The position numbers and the translations under genes are program-made. 64,000 nt of DNA from Nitrospirota bacterium (GTDB lineage Bacteria; Nitrospirota; JACRHJ01): NCBI GenBank assembly GCA_963845245.1, contig CAWJRJ010000021.1, positions 173,963 to 237,962 of the forward strand. The letters are read 5' to 3'. The notes beneath the pieces were generated by a model. The model searched no databases. It was not told where the DNA came from and worked only from the letters and a program-made list of their open reading frames with translations. Of the stretch, positions 38,724-51,198 are shown in pieces. Each line of letters begins with the position of its first letter. Within the stretch, counting starts at the first letter, position 1.

Positions 38724-39527
38724 ATGGACGCGGAAAGGGACGGTCTTTCAAGGCGCGGGCTTCTCGCAGGTGTGGGCAAGTTTGCCGCCGGAGCGGTTTT
38801 GACCGCAGGCGCAATAGGTTTCTTGGGCGAATCCGAGGCTAGGGCGGTTAAAGAGCAAAAATGGCCGTGGCCCTATGTAAAGCTTGACCCTGCCAAGACC
38901 GCCGAGGTCGCCTACAACGAATGGTACAGACTTTACTGCGGCGGCGCGGTAATAAGCAGTGTGTTCGGCCAGCTAAGGGATAAAGTGGGAGAACCCTATG
39001 CCTCGTTTCCCATTGATGCATTTATCTTCCTCGAGGGCGGCGTATCGGGGTGGGGTACCATATGCGGCTCGAACGCGGGGGCCAATATCGTCTCAAACCT
39101 TATAATAGGCCCGAGGATATCGGGTTCGGACGACGGGATGCTGATGGGAAGCGAGATGATGCAGTGGTATTCGGACGCGGCGATGCCGGTATTTCTCCCC
39201 AAGGACCCCAAGGTCAAGACAGAGATTGTCAAGACCACCAGCGACTCGCCGCTTTGCCATATCTCGGTGGGCAAGTGGATGAAGGCATCCGGTAAGGGTC
39301 TTAAGAGCCCTGAGAGGAGGGACAGGTGCGCAAGGGTTACTGCAAGCGTCGCCTACCACCTCGTGGAGCTCCTGAATGCCTGGAAGGACGGCAAATACGA
39401 GACGGCAGGCGAAATACCTTCCGAGTGCGGAATAACCGCCCAGCATAACTGCACGGACTGCCACGGCGAGAATGTACCAGCGATCCCGCCCGCTGCTGCC
39501 ACGCCTTTGACTTCTTCAGCAAAGTAG
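38724..39527 (+). CDS. Tat-exported C-GCAxxG-C-C family protein with CxxCH (split-Soret cytochrome c-like)
   Basis: SRRGLL Tat motif, WPWPY..LDP, YCGG, GWGTICG, SPLCHISV.KW, R.DRC, C-terminal CTDCH. Confidence 0.8.
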   Translation: MDAERDGLSRRGLLAGVGKFAAGAVLTAGAIGFLGESEARAVKEQKWPWPYVKLDPAKTAEVAYNEWYRLYCGGAVISSVFGQLRDKVGEPYASFPIDAFIFLEGGVSGWGTICGSNAGANIVSNLIIGPRISGSDDGMLMGSEMMQWYSDAAMPVFLPKDPKVKTEIVKTTSDSPLCHISVGKWMKASGKGLKSPERRDRCARVTASVAYHLVELLNAWKDGKYETAGEIPSECGITAQHNCTDCHGENVPAIPPAAATPLTSSAK

Positions 39528-39535
39528 CGTCTTCA

Positions 39536-39572
39536 GGGCCGCTCGCGGAAATGTGAGCGGCCTTTTCCTTTT
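39536..39572 (+). terminator. Rho-independent terminator
   Basis: GGGCCGCTCGC-GGAAAT-GTGAGCGGCCT followed by TTTCCTTTT. Confidence 0.7.
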
Positions 39573-39595
39573 AGGCGATTGGGCAGTTTGGTAGT

Positions 39596-39672
39596 AAAAC
39601 TTGACAACCTGACCGTCGCTGGCTATAATGTTAGTGTATACTAACTTAATGGGGCGCGGATGACAAAGAAAG
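39596..39672 (+). promoter_or_regulatory. sigma70 promoter + TetR-type operator, copy 1
   Basis: TTGACA-17-TATAAT followed directly by GTTAGTGTATACTAAC; near-identical to 41566-41642. Confidence 0.85.
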
Positions 39673-39710
39673 GCAATGGTCTCGGCAAATACCTTATGGG
39701 AGGCAACATT

Positions 39711-40313
39711 ATGAACGCTGAATACTTTGAAGTTGCATTGAAATTCCACGGGCACAAGTGCCCTGCGATGCCCATGGGGCTGAGGGCCGGTTTGGCGGCG
39801 ATGAAGGCCCTCGGTGTTGAAAGGTCCAGGGACAAGGAATTGTTTGTCGAGTCCGAGACGGGCAAGGGGCATGCCGCCGGATGCTTCCTCGATGGAATAA
39901 TGGCCGCCACTGGATGTACGTACGGCAAGGCTAACATCCAAAAACTCTATTACAACAAGATGGCCTTTACGCTCGTGGACGCCGCCACCAGCAGGGCCGT
40001 CAGGGTCTCCTTAAAACCTGAATTTTTAGAAAAAGCCCTTAATTCGCCGTTCGTCATAAAAAGAAAGGAAGGTGTACTGCCTCAGGATATCCCAGCTGAG
40101 ATAACCGACCCCCTCGTGGAGCGCATATTGGGCTTGCCGGAACAGGAGTTTCTCAATATCGGCGAGATATTCCACAAGGAAGTGAGTAAAGGCCCGGCTA
40201 CGTTCGAGGTCAAAAGATGTTCGGTATGCGGGGAGGCCACTTTCATCAACAAATTAACCGAAACGGCGGATAAAAGGTTACTCTGCGTCCCCTGCTCAGC
40301 AAAAGAGAAATAG
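39711..40313 (+). CDS. FmdE-family protein with C-terminal Zn ribbon
   Basis: FHGHKCP....G, GCF.DG....GCT.GK.N, CSVCGE...CVPC. The upstream in-frame ATG at 39660 belongs to the duplicated tetR start. Confidence 0.88.
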   Translation: MNAEYFEVALKFHGHKCPAMPMGLRAGLAAMKALGVERSRDKELFVESETGKGHAAGCFLDGIMAATGCTYGKANIQKLYYNKMAFTLVDAATSRAVRVSLKPEFLEKALNSPFVIKRKEGVLPQDIPAEITDPLVERILGLPEQEFLNIGEIFHKEVSKGPATFEVKRCSVCGEATFINKLTETADKRLLCVPCSAKEK

Positions 40314-40317
40314 GTGC

Positions 40318-41526
40318 GTGGCGATGAAAAGACAATCTCAACCTCAGAGCCTTCACGGAGGAGCAGGGCCAGCGATTTCCCTGCCGGTTTTGCTTCTTAA
40401 TTTCTTGAAGATCGGCGCCATAGGCTTCGGGGGCGGAATGGCGGTGATTGCACTGATGGAGCGTGAACTCATACGAAGGAAACACGTCCTGGAGATGGAT
40501 GAGTTTCTCCACGGGGTTGGGCTTGGACAAGTTCTTGGCCCCTTCGCAGTAAATACGGCCCTTTTCGTTGGGAACCGGCTGTACGGCCCCTTGGGCGGAC
40601 TTGCATGCGCCTTTGCCTTCATAGCTCCTTCCGTCCTAATAGTAATTGTGCTCGCCTGGCTATACTTCAGCTTTCACTCCATCCCCGCACTTCAGTATGC
40701 CATCGGGGGCCTGGGCCCCGTCGTCATCGCGCTGATCCTCGGCGCGGCGTGGTCCATGGGCAGAAAAGCCGTGCATTCCTGGCCGTCTGTGTTAATGGTG
40801 GTGCTTGCCTTGGGGCTCTCTCTGTTAAAGGTCAATGCCGCCTATATCCTCGCCGTGGCAGGCCTTATAGGATTGGCAGCAGGCAAGCGGATACAGGTCA
40901 AAGGCAGTTCCCGTAAACAGGCTGCCCAAGACAAGACGCAAACGCCCGGCGCCGGACCCACCTCGGTCTCAGCTGTAGCGTTGCTTCCGGTAGCCGGTAC
41001 CGCGGCTGTGGGGATACATTCTATCTCATGGGTATTTCTTAAAATCGGCTGCATCTTTTTTGGCGGCGGTTTTGTCCTTGTGCCTATTCTTCAGCAAAAG
41101 CTGGAAGCCCTTGGATGGCTCACCCAAAAGGAGTTTATCGACGGGGTCGCAATAAGCAACCTGACGCCCGGCCCCATCGCTGTTCTCGCCACTTTTACCG
41201 GTTTCCATCTCTATGGCGCTACGGGGGCACTGGTGGCTACTGTTGCACTATTTACCCCGGCAATGGTACTCATGACATTCATGTCGCATGAGTACTCCCA
41301 GTTCAAGGACGCTCAGTATTTCAAGGATTTCATGGCTGGAGTAACCCCGGCGGTAGTGGGTTTGGTTGTGGGCGCTGCCATGCTTCTTGGACCCGGAATA
41401 CTCCATAGCCTTGCCGGGTGGGGACTCCTGGCGATAGCCCTCGTGCTGCTGGCGCGTTTTAAATGGCATCCCGCGTTGGTCCTTGCCATCGGAGCCGTCT
41501 TGGGTGCTACTGGCATTGTCAGGTAA
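40318..41526 (+). CDS. chrA: Chromate ion transporter (CHR, long form)
   Basis: Two repeats of FLKIG...FGGG, with Q.LGP and NLTPGP. Confidence 0.9.
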   Translation: MAMKRQSQPQSLHGGAGPAISLPVLLLNFLKIGAIGFGGGMAVIALMERELIRRKHVLEMDEFLHGVGLGQVLGPFAVNTALFVGNRLYGPLGGLACAFAFIAPSVLIVIVLAWLYFSFHSIPALQYAIGGLGPVVIALILGAAWSMGRKAVHSWPSVLMVVLALGLSLLKVNAAYILAVAGLIGLAAGKRIQVKGSSRKQAAQDKTQTPGAGPTSVSAVALLPVAGTAAVGIHSISWVFLKIGCIFFGGGFVLVPILQQKLEALGWLTQKEFIDGVAISNLTPGPIAVLATFTGFHLYGATGALVATVALFTPAMVLMTFMSHEYSQFKDAQYFKDFMAGVTPAVVGLVVGAAMLLGPGILHSLAGWGLLAIALVLLARFKWHPALVLAIGAVLGATGIVR

Positions 41527-41565
41527 AAGACGAGACTGTTACTAATTTTACGGACACGCCTCAAA

Positions 41566-41642
41566 AAAACTTGACAACCTGATCGTTGCTGTCTATAGTG
41601 TTAGTGGATACTAACATAACGGGGCGGACATGACAAAAAAAG
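41566..41642 (+). promoter_or_regulatory. sigma70 promoter + TetR-type operator, copy 2
   Basis: TTGACA-17-TATAGT then GTTAGTGGATACTAAC, directly upstream of tetR. Confidence 0.85.
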
Positions 41643-42221
41643 ATACAAAGACCAGGCAGGCCGAGATAGTCGGCATGGCAATCGCCATCATCGGAGAGAT
41701 GGGCGTGAGCGGTTTGACAACGGCACGGCTCGCCGAAAGGCTCGGTATGTCTGAGCCCAACCTCTACAGGCATTTCCACGACAAGGAGGCCATCCTCTCG
41801 GCAGTCATAGACGAGATCGGCGCACTGCTTATGGATAACGCGGCGCTGCTTGCCAGTGAAACGATACCGCCTGAGGAAAAGCTGAGGTTGATCATGGTCA
41901 GCCACATCAATGAAGTGGAGCGTAGGAGCGGCCTGCCAAGGCTGGTTTTCTCGGAAGATATGCACGTCAGGTATCCGGCACTCCGGGATAAGCTGATGAA
42001 ACGCATCGGGGGATACCTGGCGACTATGGAAAAGGTAATAACCGAAGGCAAGGCAGACGGGACGTTCAGGCCGGATATAAGCGCCAGTGAGACTGCGCGT
42101 GCCTACCTGGGGATGGTGCAGTTTGCCGCGATGAGGTGGTCGCTCAGCGGTTTCTCCTTTTCGCTGCAAGGAAGAGGGCAGGCGTCTTTGGGTGAACTTT
42201 TACAGGATGATCAAGAAATAA
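41630..42221 (+). CDS. TetR/AcrR family regulator (C-terminal frameshift)
   Basis: RQ.EI...A..I..E.G...LT...LA..LG.SE..LYRHF..KE.I HTH; corrected stop TAA at 42221. Confidence 0.9.
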
Positions 42222-42230
42222 GGGGCAACC

Positions 42231-43492
42231 ATGAAAATCTCCAGGAAGGTCTTGATAGTTGCCGCAATCACGCTATTAGTTGCAGCGGCGGTCGCTATAA
42301 AAATACTTTCCCCCGTCAAGGCGGAGTATGTTTCACCTCAGAAACGCCACCTTGTCCAGGAGGTCTTCGGCACCGGCACGGTCGAGGCGAGGGTACTCGT
42401 GACGGCGGGCAGCAAGATAACAGGACGGGTAAAGAAGCTCTACGTTGACCAGGGTGCCTTTGTCAAGAAAGGCCAGCTGCTTGCGCTGCTTGAAAGCGAA
42501 GACCTTCAGGCACTTGTGAAACAGGCCGTCGATACCCAGCAGAAGAGCGCTTCGATGGAAACCGCTACTAAAAGCGACCTTGCGCGCTCTCAGGCGGCGG
42601 CCAGGGCGGCGGATGCTGCGCTGCAAAAGTCCGAAGCCACCCTGAAGCTTGCGAAGCAGACATTCGAGCGGTACGATGCGCTTTTCAAAAAAGGTATGGT
42701 TTCACGGCAGGACCTGGACGAGAAACAGGCTGCGTATGACGAGGCCGTGCGTGACAGGGATAACCTCGAAGCCGGTAAATTGGCCGCCAACGCCGATACG
42801 GAAAGGGTACGAGGCACCCTCGAAGCCGCGCGGCATGACAGCAGCGCGGGGATGGCTTCGTCGACATACGCCAAGGCAAAGCTTGAGGATTCCTTTGTCA
42901 GGGCCTCGATGGACGGTGTAGTCGTAAGCAGGGACGCCGAGGAAGGCGACGCCGTCGTTCCCGGCACTTCCATATTCCGCATAGCCGACCCGGAAACGGT
43001 ATGGGTAAAGGCGAACATCGACGAGGCACAGGGAGGCGGTATCACTCCGGGAAACCCGGCCCGTGTTTATCTGAGAAGCGACAGGAAGACGCCGCTGACT
43101 GGCAGTGTAGCGCGGGTTGCCCAGGAGTCAGACCGGGTAACCGAGGAGATGGAGGTTGACGTGGCCTTCCCCTTGAAGGACAAGGGCAGGCTGCATCTCG
43201 GCGAGCAGGCGGACGTTTATGTAAACGGCAGCGAGAAAGACTGCCTTTCCATCCCGATAAAGGCCGTTACGGTTAGAGAAGGCAGGGAAGGCGTATTCAT
43301 CGCCGCAGGACGGCAAGGCCCGCTTTGTGCCTGTAAAGACCGGAATATATGACAAAAGATTTCGTGGAGATAGCGGATGGTCTGAAGGAGTCCGACAAGG
43401 TCATCCTGCTGGACGACAAGCTCAATGCAGGGCTTAAAGATGGGGCAAGGGTGAAACTGGTATCGCCGGCCTCCGGGAGCGGCAACAGATGA
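42231..43492 (+). CDS. Efflux periplasmic adaptor, HlyD/MacA-like (frameshifted)
   Basis: GTGTVEAR, GSKITGRV, long coiled coil, A.MDGVV, DRVTEE. Confidence 0.88.
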
Positions 43493-44685
43493 TGGACCTT
43501 GCCGTTAAAGACATAAGCCATCGCCCGAGGCGCTTCATATTCACCTGCCTAGGCATCGGGCTGCTACTGATGGTCGTGATGTCGATGGGCGGAATATACC
43601 GCGGGCTTGTGGACGACGCCACGCTTATGGTCGAAAAGACCGGCGGCGATGTCTGGGTGGTACAGAAGGACACCAACGGGCCTTTCGCGGAGGATTCCCG
43701 GATACCCGAAGACCTGAAGCACACCCTCAGGGTGCTCCCCGGCGTGGAGGACACCGGGGCGATGTCCTTCCAGACCATACAGATGGACTGGAAAGGCAAG
43801 CCCAAAAGGCTTTTCGTCATTGGCTACGACCAGAACCTCGGGCTGGGCGGCCCCCCGGATATCGTCGCGGGCAGGCCAATATTGAGGCGCCACTACGAGA
43901 TGGTGGCAAACGTAAAGTCCGGCCTTAAAATCGGGGATACCCTGACCCTGGGCCAGGACGATTACACGGTCGTCGGCCTGACCGGGAACATCGTATCTCC
44001 GTCGGGCGACCCGGTGATATACCTGACATTGGCCGACGCCCAGAAGGTGCAGTTCCAGAAGAACAACGAGGCGATAAGGAACGAACGCGAAAGGCTGAAG
44101 GAACAGGTTGCCGCCCTTCTGCCGGAAAACGTGGACGAAGGCAAGGTCGCCGACGCGCTCGCAAACGACACGCATATCGTCAACACGGTCGTCCTGAAAG
44201 TCAGAAAGGGTTACCCGGTAAAGGACGTCGTCTCCGCCGTCGAGAAATGGAAGCATTACCGCGCCTTCACGGTGCCTGAGCAGGAGAACATACTCACGAT
44301 GGGGATGGTCGCGAAGGCCAAGATGCAGCTCGGGCTGTTCCGGATAATACTGCTCATAGTGTCCATGGCGATAATAAACCTTGTCATATATACCCAGACC
44401 ATGGACAAGATGAGGGAGATCGCCACGCTGAAGCTGATCGGCGCGTCCGACTGGACGATTGTGAGGCTTATCGTGGAGCAGTCGCTGCTGCTGGGTTTCT
44501 TCGCATACTGGATCGGCTACCTGCTCATCAACCTGACATACAGCTATTTCCCGAGGCGCGTCGTACTCGTGCCTTTTGACCTGAAGTCACTCTTCGTGAT
44601 GGTGATGTTCATCTGCGTAATGGCCAGTTTTACGGGTGTCCGTTCAGCCCTGAAGGTCGACCCGGCCCATGCCTTGGGAGGCTGA
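43489..44685 (+). CDS. ABC transporter permease (MacB/DevC-like)
   Basis: LA.KDI, DVWVVQ..T.GPF.E.SR, REIATLKLIGA, ALKVDP. Confidence 0.9.
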   Translation: MMDLAVKDISHRPRRFIFTCLGIGLLLMVVMSMGGIYRGLVDDATLMVEKTGGDVWVVQKDTNGPFAEDSRIPEDLKHTLRVLPGVEDTGAMSFQTIQMDWKGKPKRLFVIGYDQNLGLGGPPDIVAGRPILRRHYEMVANVKSGLKIGDTLTLGQDDYTVVGLTGNIVSPSGDPVIYLTLADAQKVQFQKNNEAIRNERERLKEQVAALLPENVDEGKVADALANDTHIVNTVVLKVRKGYPVKDVVSAVEKWKHYRAFTVPEQENILTMGMVAKAKMQLGLFRIILLIVSMAIINLVIYTQTMDKMREIATLKLIGASDWTIVRLIVEQSLLLGFFAYWIGYLLINLTYSYFPRRVVLVPFDLKSLFVMVMFICVMASFTGVRSALKVDPAHALGG

Positions 44686-44686
44686 T

Positions 44687-45390
44687 ATGAAGGAAGTAGT
44701 GCGCCTTGCAAACCTGAGAAAGGTTTACGGCTCCGGCGATACCGAGGTCGTAGCCCTTGCCGATGCCAATATGATATTGCACGAGGGAGAGGTCTCCGCC
44801 GTCCTGGGGCCTTCGGGTTCGGGAAAGACCACCATGCTGATGTGCCTCGGCTGCATTACGGAGCCAACCTCCGGGAAGATGTTTATCGGGGGCGAGGAGG
44901 TTTATGGAGACGGCGGCTGGAAGAGGCGCGACCTCAGACGGCTCAGGCGCGAGAAGATGGGGTTCATATTCCAGTCGCACAACCTCATCCCGTTCCTCAG
45001 CGTACTTGACAATGTGGTAATAGCATGCCGAGCTTGTCGGGACTCCCAGGAAAGAAGCGGAGCAAAAGGCGATGGAGCTTCTGGAATACCTGGAAGTCGC
45101 GCACCGCGCCGAGCAAGTTTCCCGCCACCCTGTCCGGTGGCGAGAGACAGCGGGTCGCCATAGCACGCGCCCTCGTCCACGGCCCGAGCCTGATACTGGC
45201 GGACGAGCCGACGGCGGCCCTTGATACGGACAGGGGCAAAAAGGTGGTGACCCTGCTGAAAGACCTCGCTAAAAAGAGGGGCGTAGGCGTTATAGTCGTT
45301 ACCCACGACGTAAGGATGGTTGAAGGGTTCGACAAGGTCTACCATATGAAGGACGGGGTTATCATGGACGAAGCGGGGATGCCCGGATAA
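44687..45390 (+). CDS. ABC transporter ATP-binding protein (frameshifted)
   Basis: GPSGSGKTT, FIFQSHNL, LSGGERQRVAIARAL, ADEPT, VTHD. Confidence 0.92.
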
Positions 45391-45412
45391 GTTTATTAAC
45401 ATAATGATAAAT

Positions 45413-45450
45413 AAGGGGAGTGGCCAGCCAAGGCACCTCCCTTTTTTATT
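45413..45450 (+). terminator. Rho-independent terminator
   Basis: AAGGGGAG...CTCCCTT followed by a T-tract. Confidence 0.6.
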
Positions 45451-45492
45451 CTGTTTTCCCCTTGACATTTTTTTAGTGGAGTTGATAAATTA

Positions 45493-45519
45493 TTAGCACT
45501 CAGTAGTGATGAGTGCTAA
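45493..45519 (+). promoter_or_regulatory. CIRCE element (HrcA operator)
   Basis: Perfect TTAGCACTC-N9-GAGTGCTAA upstream of hrcA; TTGACA at 45462. Confidence 0.97.
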
Positions 45520-45546
45520 AATATATGGAAGGGGGAGGAGGTCGGT

Positions 45547-46578
45547 ATGGAGCTCAATGAGAGAACCAAAAGCATTCTGCATGCTATAATAAGCAGTTAT
45601 ATAGCCACGGCGGAGCCGGTCGGCTCCCGGACCGTGACCAAGCGCTATGAGCTGGGCATCTCCCCCGCTACGGTCAGGAACATCATGTCCGACCTGGAGG
45701 AGATGGGCTTCCTTGCGCAGCCGCACACCTCTGCGGGACGCGTCCCCACGGACAAGGCGTACCGCTTCTATATTGATACACTCCTGCAGGTTGGCGCAAT
45801 ATCCAGCCAGCAGGAAAAGGAAATCAGCGATTACCCGCTCCCGAGGGAGGACTTCCACCAGCTCATGCAGGAGACGACCAGGCTGCTCTCCGGGCTTTCC
45901 CATTACACCGGGATAGTAATGGCCCCGAGGCCCGCCGAGACGGTCTACCAGCATATAGAGTTCATCCGCCTTGCGGGCAGGAAGGCCCTTGCCATATTCG
46001 TTTCCAGCTCGGGCATGGTCCACAACAGGATGGTGACGCTCGAGGAAGACCTGACCCAGAGGGAGCTTGAACAGATATCGAACTTCCTGAACCACGAGAT
46101 GGCGGGCAAGACGCTGCGCGAGATCAGGAAGCAGATAATGTCCATGATGGAGGCCGAGAAGAACAAATACACGAAGCTTCTGGTCAAGCTTATGAGGGTC
46201 TGGCAGGAGTCCGTGCCGGAGGCAGAGGGCGTTGAGGGCGAGCTTTTCGTGGGAGGTATGTCCGAGATGTTCAACGTCCCGGACTTCCACGACATCGACA
46301 AGATGAAGGAGATATTCGCCGCATTCGAGGAGAAACACCGCCTTCTCAGGCTTCTGGACCAGGCCATCGAGGCGGACGGCGTGCAGGTGTTCATAGGTTC
46401 CGAGAACAAATATTTCGACATGCAGGGTGTGAGCATGGTCGTAGCCAGCTACCGCGGCGAGGGTAACATCGTCGGTACGCTCGGCGTGATCGGCCCGTCG
46501 AGGATGTCCTACGGGACGGTGATACCGCTTGTGGACTGCACGGCGAAGGTATTAGGCCGGCTGATCAGCGGTGGCTGA
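45547..46578 (+). CDS. hrcA: Heat-inducible transcription repressor
   Basis: EPVGS, SPATVRN.M.DLE, QPHTSAGRVPT, GVIGP.RM.Y. Confidence 0.97.
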   Translation: MELNERTKSILHAIISSYIATAEPVGSRTVTKRYELGISPATVRNIMSDLEEMGFLAQPHTSAGRVPTDKAYRFYIDTLLQVGAISSQQEKEISDYPLPREDFHQLMQETTRLLSGLSHYTGIVMAPRPAETVYQHIEFIRLAGRKALAIFVSSSGMVHNRMVTLEEDLTQRELEQISNFLNHEMAGKTLREIRKQIMSMMEAEKNKYTKLLVKLMRVWQESVPEAEGVEGELFVGGMSEMFNVPDFHDIDKMKEIFAAFEEKHRLLRLLDQAIEADGVQVFIGSENKYFDMQGVSMVVASYRGEGNIVGTLGVIGPSRMSYGTVIPLVDCTAKVLGRLISGG

Positions 46579-46613
46579 GCGGCCTTGGAATATAAATAAC
46601 CAGAGGTGTCATA

Positions 46614-47238
46614 GTGAGCGATAAGAAACATGAAGGACGACAAGGTCCCGATAAACGGGGGCGGTCAGCACAACGAAGGTACAAAACCCTCGGAAGGCGC
46701 GGGGTCAGAGGCTTCGGCCGAGGGACGCTCTCTTGCCGAGCTGATGGAGGAACTGGAGAAGACAAAGGCCGAGTTGACGGAAATCGAGAAGATACGCGCC
46801 GAGGCGAAAGAGTCGCATGACAAGTACCTGCGCCTTTACGCCGAGACCGAGAACTACAAGAAACGCATGAGCCGTGATGCCGTCGAGGGCCAGAAATACT
46901 ACAACGAGGGTATAATAAAGGACCTCCTGCCGGTCATGGACAACCTTGAGCGCGCCCTGTCGCATGCGGGCGAGGACGACCCGCTTATCGAAGGCGTCAG
47001 GATGGTGAAAAAGCAGTTCATGGACGTGCTGGCGAAGTTCGGGGTGACCCAGGTCGAGAGCATCGGCCTTCCGTTCGACCCCGAGAAACAGCAGGCGATA
47101 ATGCAGGTGGATACGGATGATTACGAGCCCGGCACTGTCGTGGAGGAGTTCCAGAAGGGCTACTTCCTGAACGAGCGGATACTGCGTCCGGCCATGGTAA
47201 CGGTAGCTAAGCGCCCGGCTGATAATACCGGCGAATAA
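46614..47238 (+). CDS. grpE: Nucleotide exchange factor (probable frameshift near the start)
   Basis: LRLYAE.ENYKKR, LLPVMDNLERAL, FDP, QKGY.L..R.LRPAMV.V. Confidence 0.95.
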
Positions 47239-47288
47239 TGATAATATAGTGATGAAGGCATCTTGCATATAAGAAGGAGGAACTTAAA

Positions 47289-49208
<1,920 letters not shown>

Positions 49209-49246
49209 CGCAGGTTGAATTACAGTCCTGCTTGTGAGATAATATC

Positions 49247-49280
49247 GAGCCCGGCCCTTAAATGGGCTGGGCTTGTGTTT
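49247..49280 (+). terminator. Stem-loop between dnaK and dnaJ
   Basis: GAGCCCGGCCC-TTAAAT-GGGCTGGGCTT followed by a T-rich tract. Confidence 0.65.
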
Positions 49281-49312
49281 GTTGTTTTGGTTGTCATTCT
49301 GAGGGAAAGAAC

Positions 49313-50437
49313 GTGTCTAAACGCGATTACTACGAAGTTCTTGGCGTACACAAGAACGCCACCGAGACGGAGATAAAGAAGGCGTACCGCCGTCTGGCGA
49401 TGCAGCACCACCCGGACAAGAACCCGGAAAACCACAAGGAAGCGACTGACAAGTTCAAGGAGGCCACAGAGGCCTACGAGGTGCTGTCCGACCAGCAGAA
49501 GCGCGCGAACTACGACCAGTACGGCTTTGCCGGTGTCGGCGGTGCGGGCGGCGGCGGTTATCAGTGGCGGGCCCGGGGACTTCTCGGACATCTTCGGCGA
49601 CATCTTCGGGGACTTCTTCGGCGGCGCAACAGGCTACGGGCGCACGCGGGCTTCGCAGGGGCTCAGACCTCCGCTACAACATGACCATCTCGTTCGAGGA
49701 CGCGGCCTTCGGCAAAGAGACCACGATAAAGATACCAAAGACCGAGACCTGCCCAACGTGCTCCGGCTCCGGCAGCAAGCCCGGCACCCAGCCCAAGGTC
49801 TGCCCGTCATGCAGGGGCACAGGCCAGACGCGCATGCAGCAGGGCTTCTTCTCCATCAGCCGCACCTGCGGGGCCTGCCGAGGCACGGGCAGCATCATTA
49901 CCGACCCATGCCCCGAGTGCAAGGGCAGGAAATATATCGAACGTGAAAAGACCCTGACCGTAAAACTGCCGCCGGGTGTGGATACCGGAAGCCGCGTCAG
50001 GCTGTCAGGCGAGGGCGAGCCGGGCATGCACGGCGGGCCTCCGGGCGACCTCTATATCGTCATAAACGTCAAGGAACATCCCGATCTTCAACCGGGAAGC
50101 GGACGATATCTGGTGCGAGTTGCCGATAAGCTTTGCCACCGCCGCGCTTGGCGGAGAGATAGAGGTGCCGACCCTCACCAGCAAGATGACTCTGAAGGTC
50201 CCGCCCGGCACGCAGACCGGGAAGATGTTCCGGTTCAAGGGCAAGGGCATAGCGAACGTACAGGGTCGCGGCATCGGCGACGAGCTGGTGCGGGTGGTCG
50301 TGGAGACCCCGACCAGCCTCTCCAAGAAGCAGAAGGAACTCCTTGAGGAGTTCGCCAAGCTCTCAGGCGAGAAGGAGCACCCGATGACCAAGGGCTTCTT
50401 CGACAAGGTGAAGGACATCATAGGGAACAACAAGTAG
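49313..50437 (+). CDS. dnaJ: Chaperone DnaJ (frameshifted)
   Basis: DYYEVLG, HPD, G/F region, four CxxCxGxG repeats, C-terminal domain. Confidence 0.96.
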
Positions 50438-50438
50438 C

Positions 50439-51176
50439 ATGCCGAGGATATTCATCCAGCCGGGTGATATAACAGGGGACACCGTAGTCCTCCCGGAGGC
50501 GGAAGCCAAAAGGCTCCTGCGGGTACTCAGGATGCATACCGGCGACACCGTCACCCTGTTCGACGGCAGCAAAGAATACCTTTCTACCATTACCGCCCTC
50601 GGTACCAAATCCGCCACGCTGATGATTACCGGCACATCCGATAGAATTTCCGAATCCCCGATCACAATAGTTCTCGGCCAGGGGCTGCCCAAGGGCGAAA
50701 AGCTCGAATGGGTCGTCCAGAAGGCAGTCGAGCTCGGTGTGTCGTCTGTCGTGCCGGTCCTGATGGAACGTTCGATCAGAAGGCCTGAGGCGAAGGATGC
50801 GGCAAGGCAGCTTGAACGTCTGCGCAAGATTGCCGTCGAGGCCGCTCAGCAGTCGGGCAGGTTGCGCGTGCCGGAAATCCCGTGCATGATGGACCTGCCG
50901 ATGTTCCTCCAGCACGCAACCGACGCCGACCTGAAGATCGTACTCTATGAAGCCGAGAAGACGGTAGGCTTGAGGGAAGTCCTGCACAGTGTGGGCGAAG
51001 TCCGGTCGGTATATCTGCTTATCGGCCCGGAAGGCGGCCTGAAGGAAGAAGAGGTTGACGAGGCCGAAGCGGCGGGGTTCATCCCGGCGGGCCTTGGCCC
51101 GCGCATCCTTCGCACCGAGACCGCAGGCTTGGCCGCTCTTTCAATCATCCAGTTCGAGCTTGGGGACATGGGCTAA
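50439..51176 (+). CDS. rsmE: 16S rRNA m3U1498 methyltransferase
   Basis: VLR, K....VQKAVELGV, EAAQQS.R, IGPEGG, LGPRILRTETA. Confidence 0.95.
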   Translation: MPRIFIQPGDITGDTVVLPEAEAKRLLRVLRMHTGDTVTLFDGSKEYLSTITALGTKSATLMITGTSDRISESPITIVLGQGLPKGEKLEWVVQKAVELGVSSVVPVLMERSIRRPEAKDAARQLERLRKIAVEAAQQSGRLRVPEIPCMMDLPMFLQHATDADLKIVLYEAEKTVGLREVLHSVGEVRSVYLLIGPEGGLKEEEVDEAEAAGFIPAGLGPRILRTETAGLAALSIIQFELGDMG

Positions 51177-51198
51177 TGCCCGACATACCAACAGCATG

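Noticed and set aside
36360..40313. Nitrogen fixation or methanogenesis inferred from NifX-like and FmdE domains
   Set aside because: Both families are widespread outside those pathways, and no nif or fmd/fwd structural genes are present.
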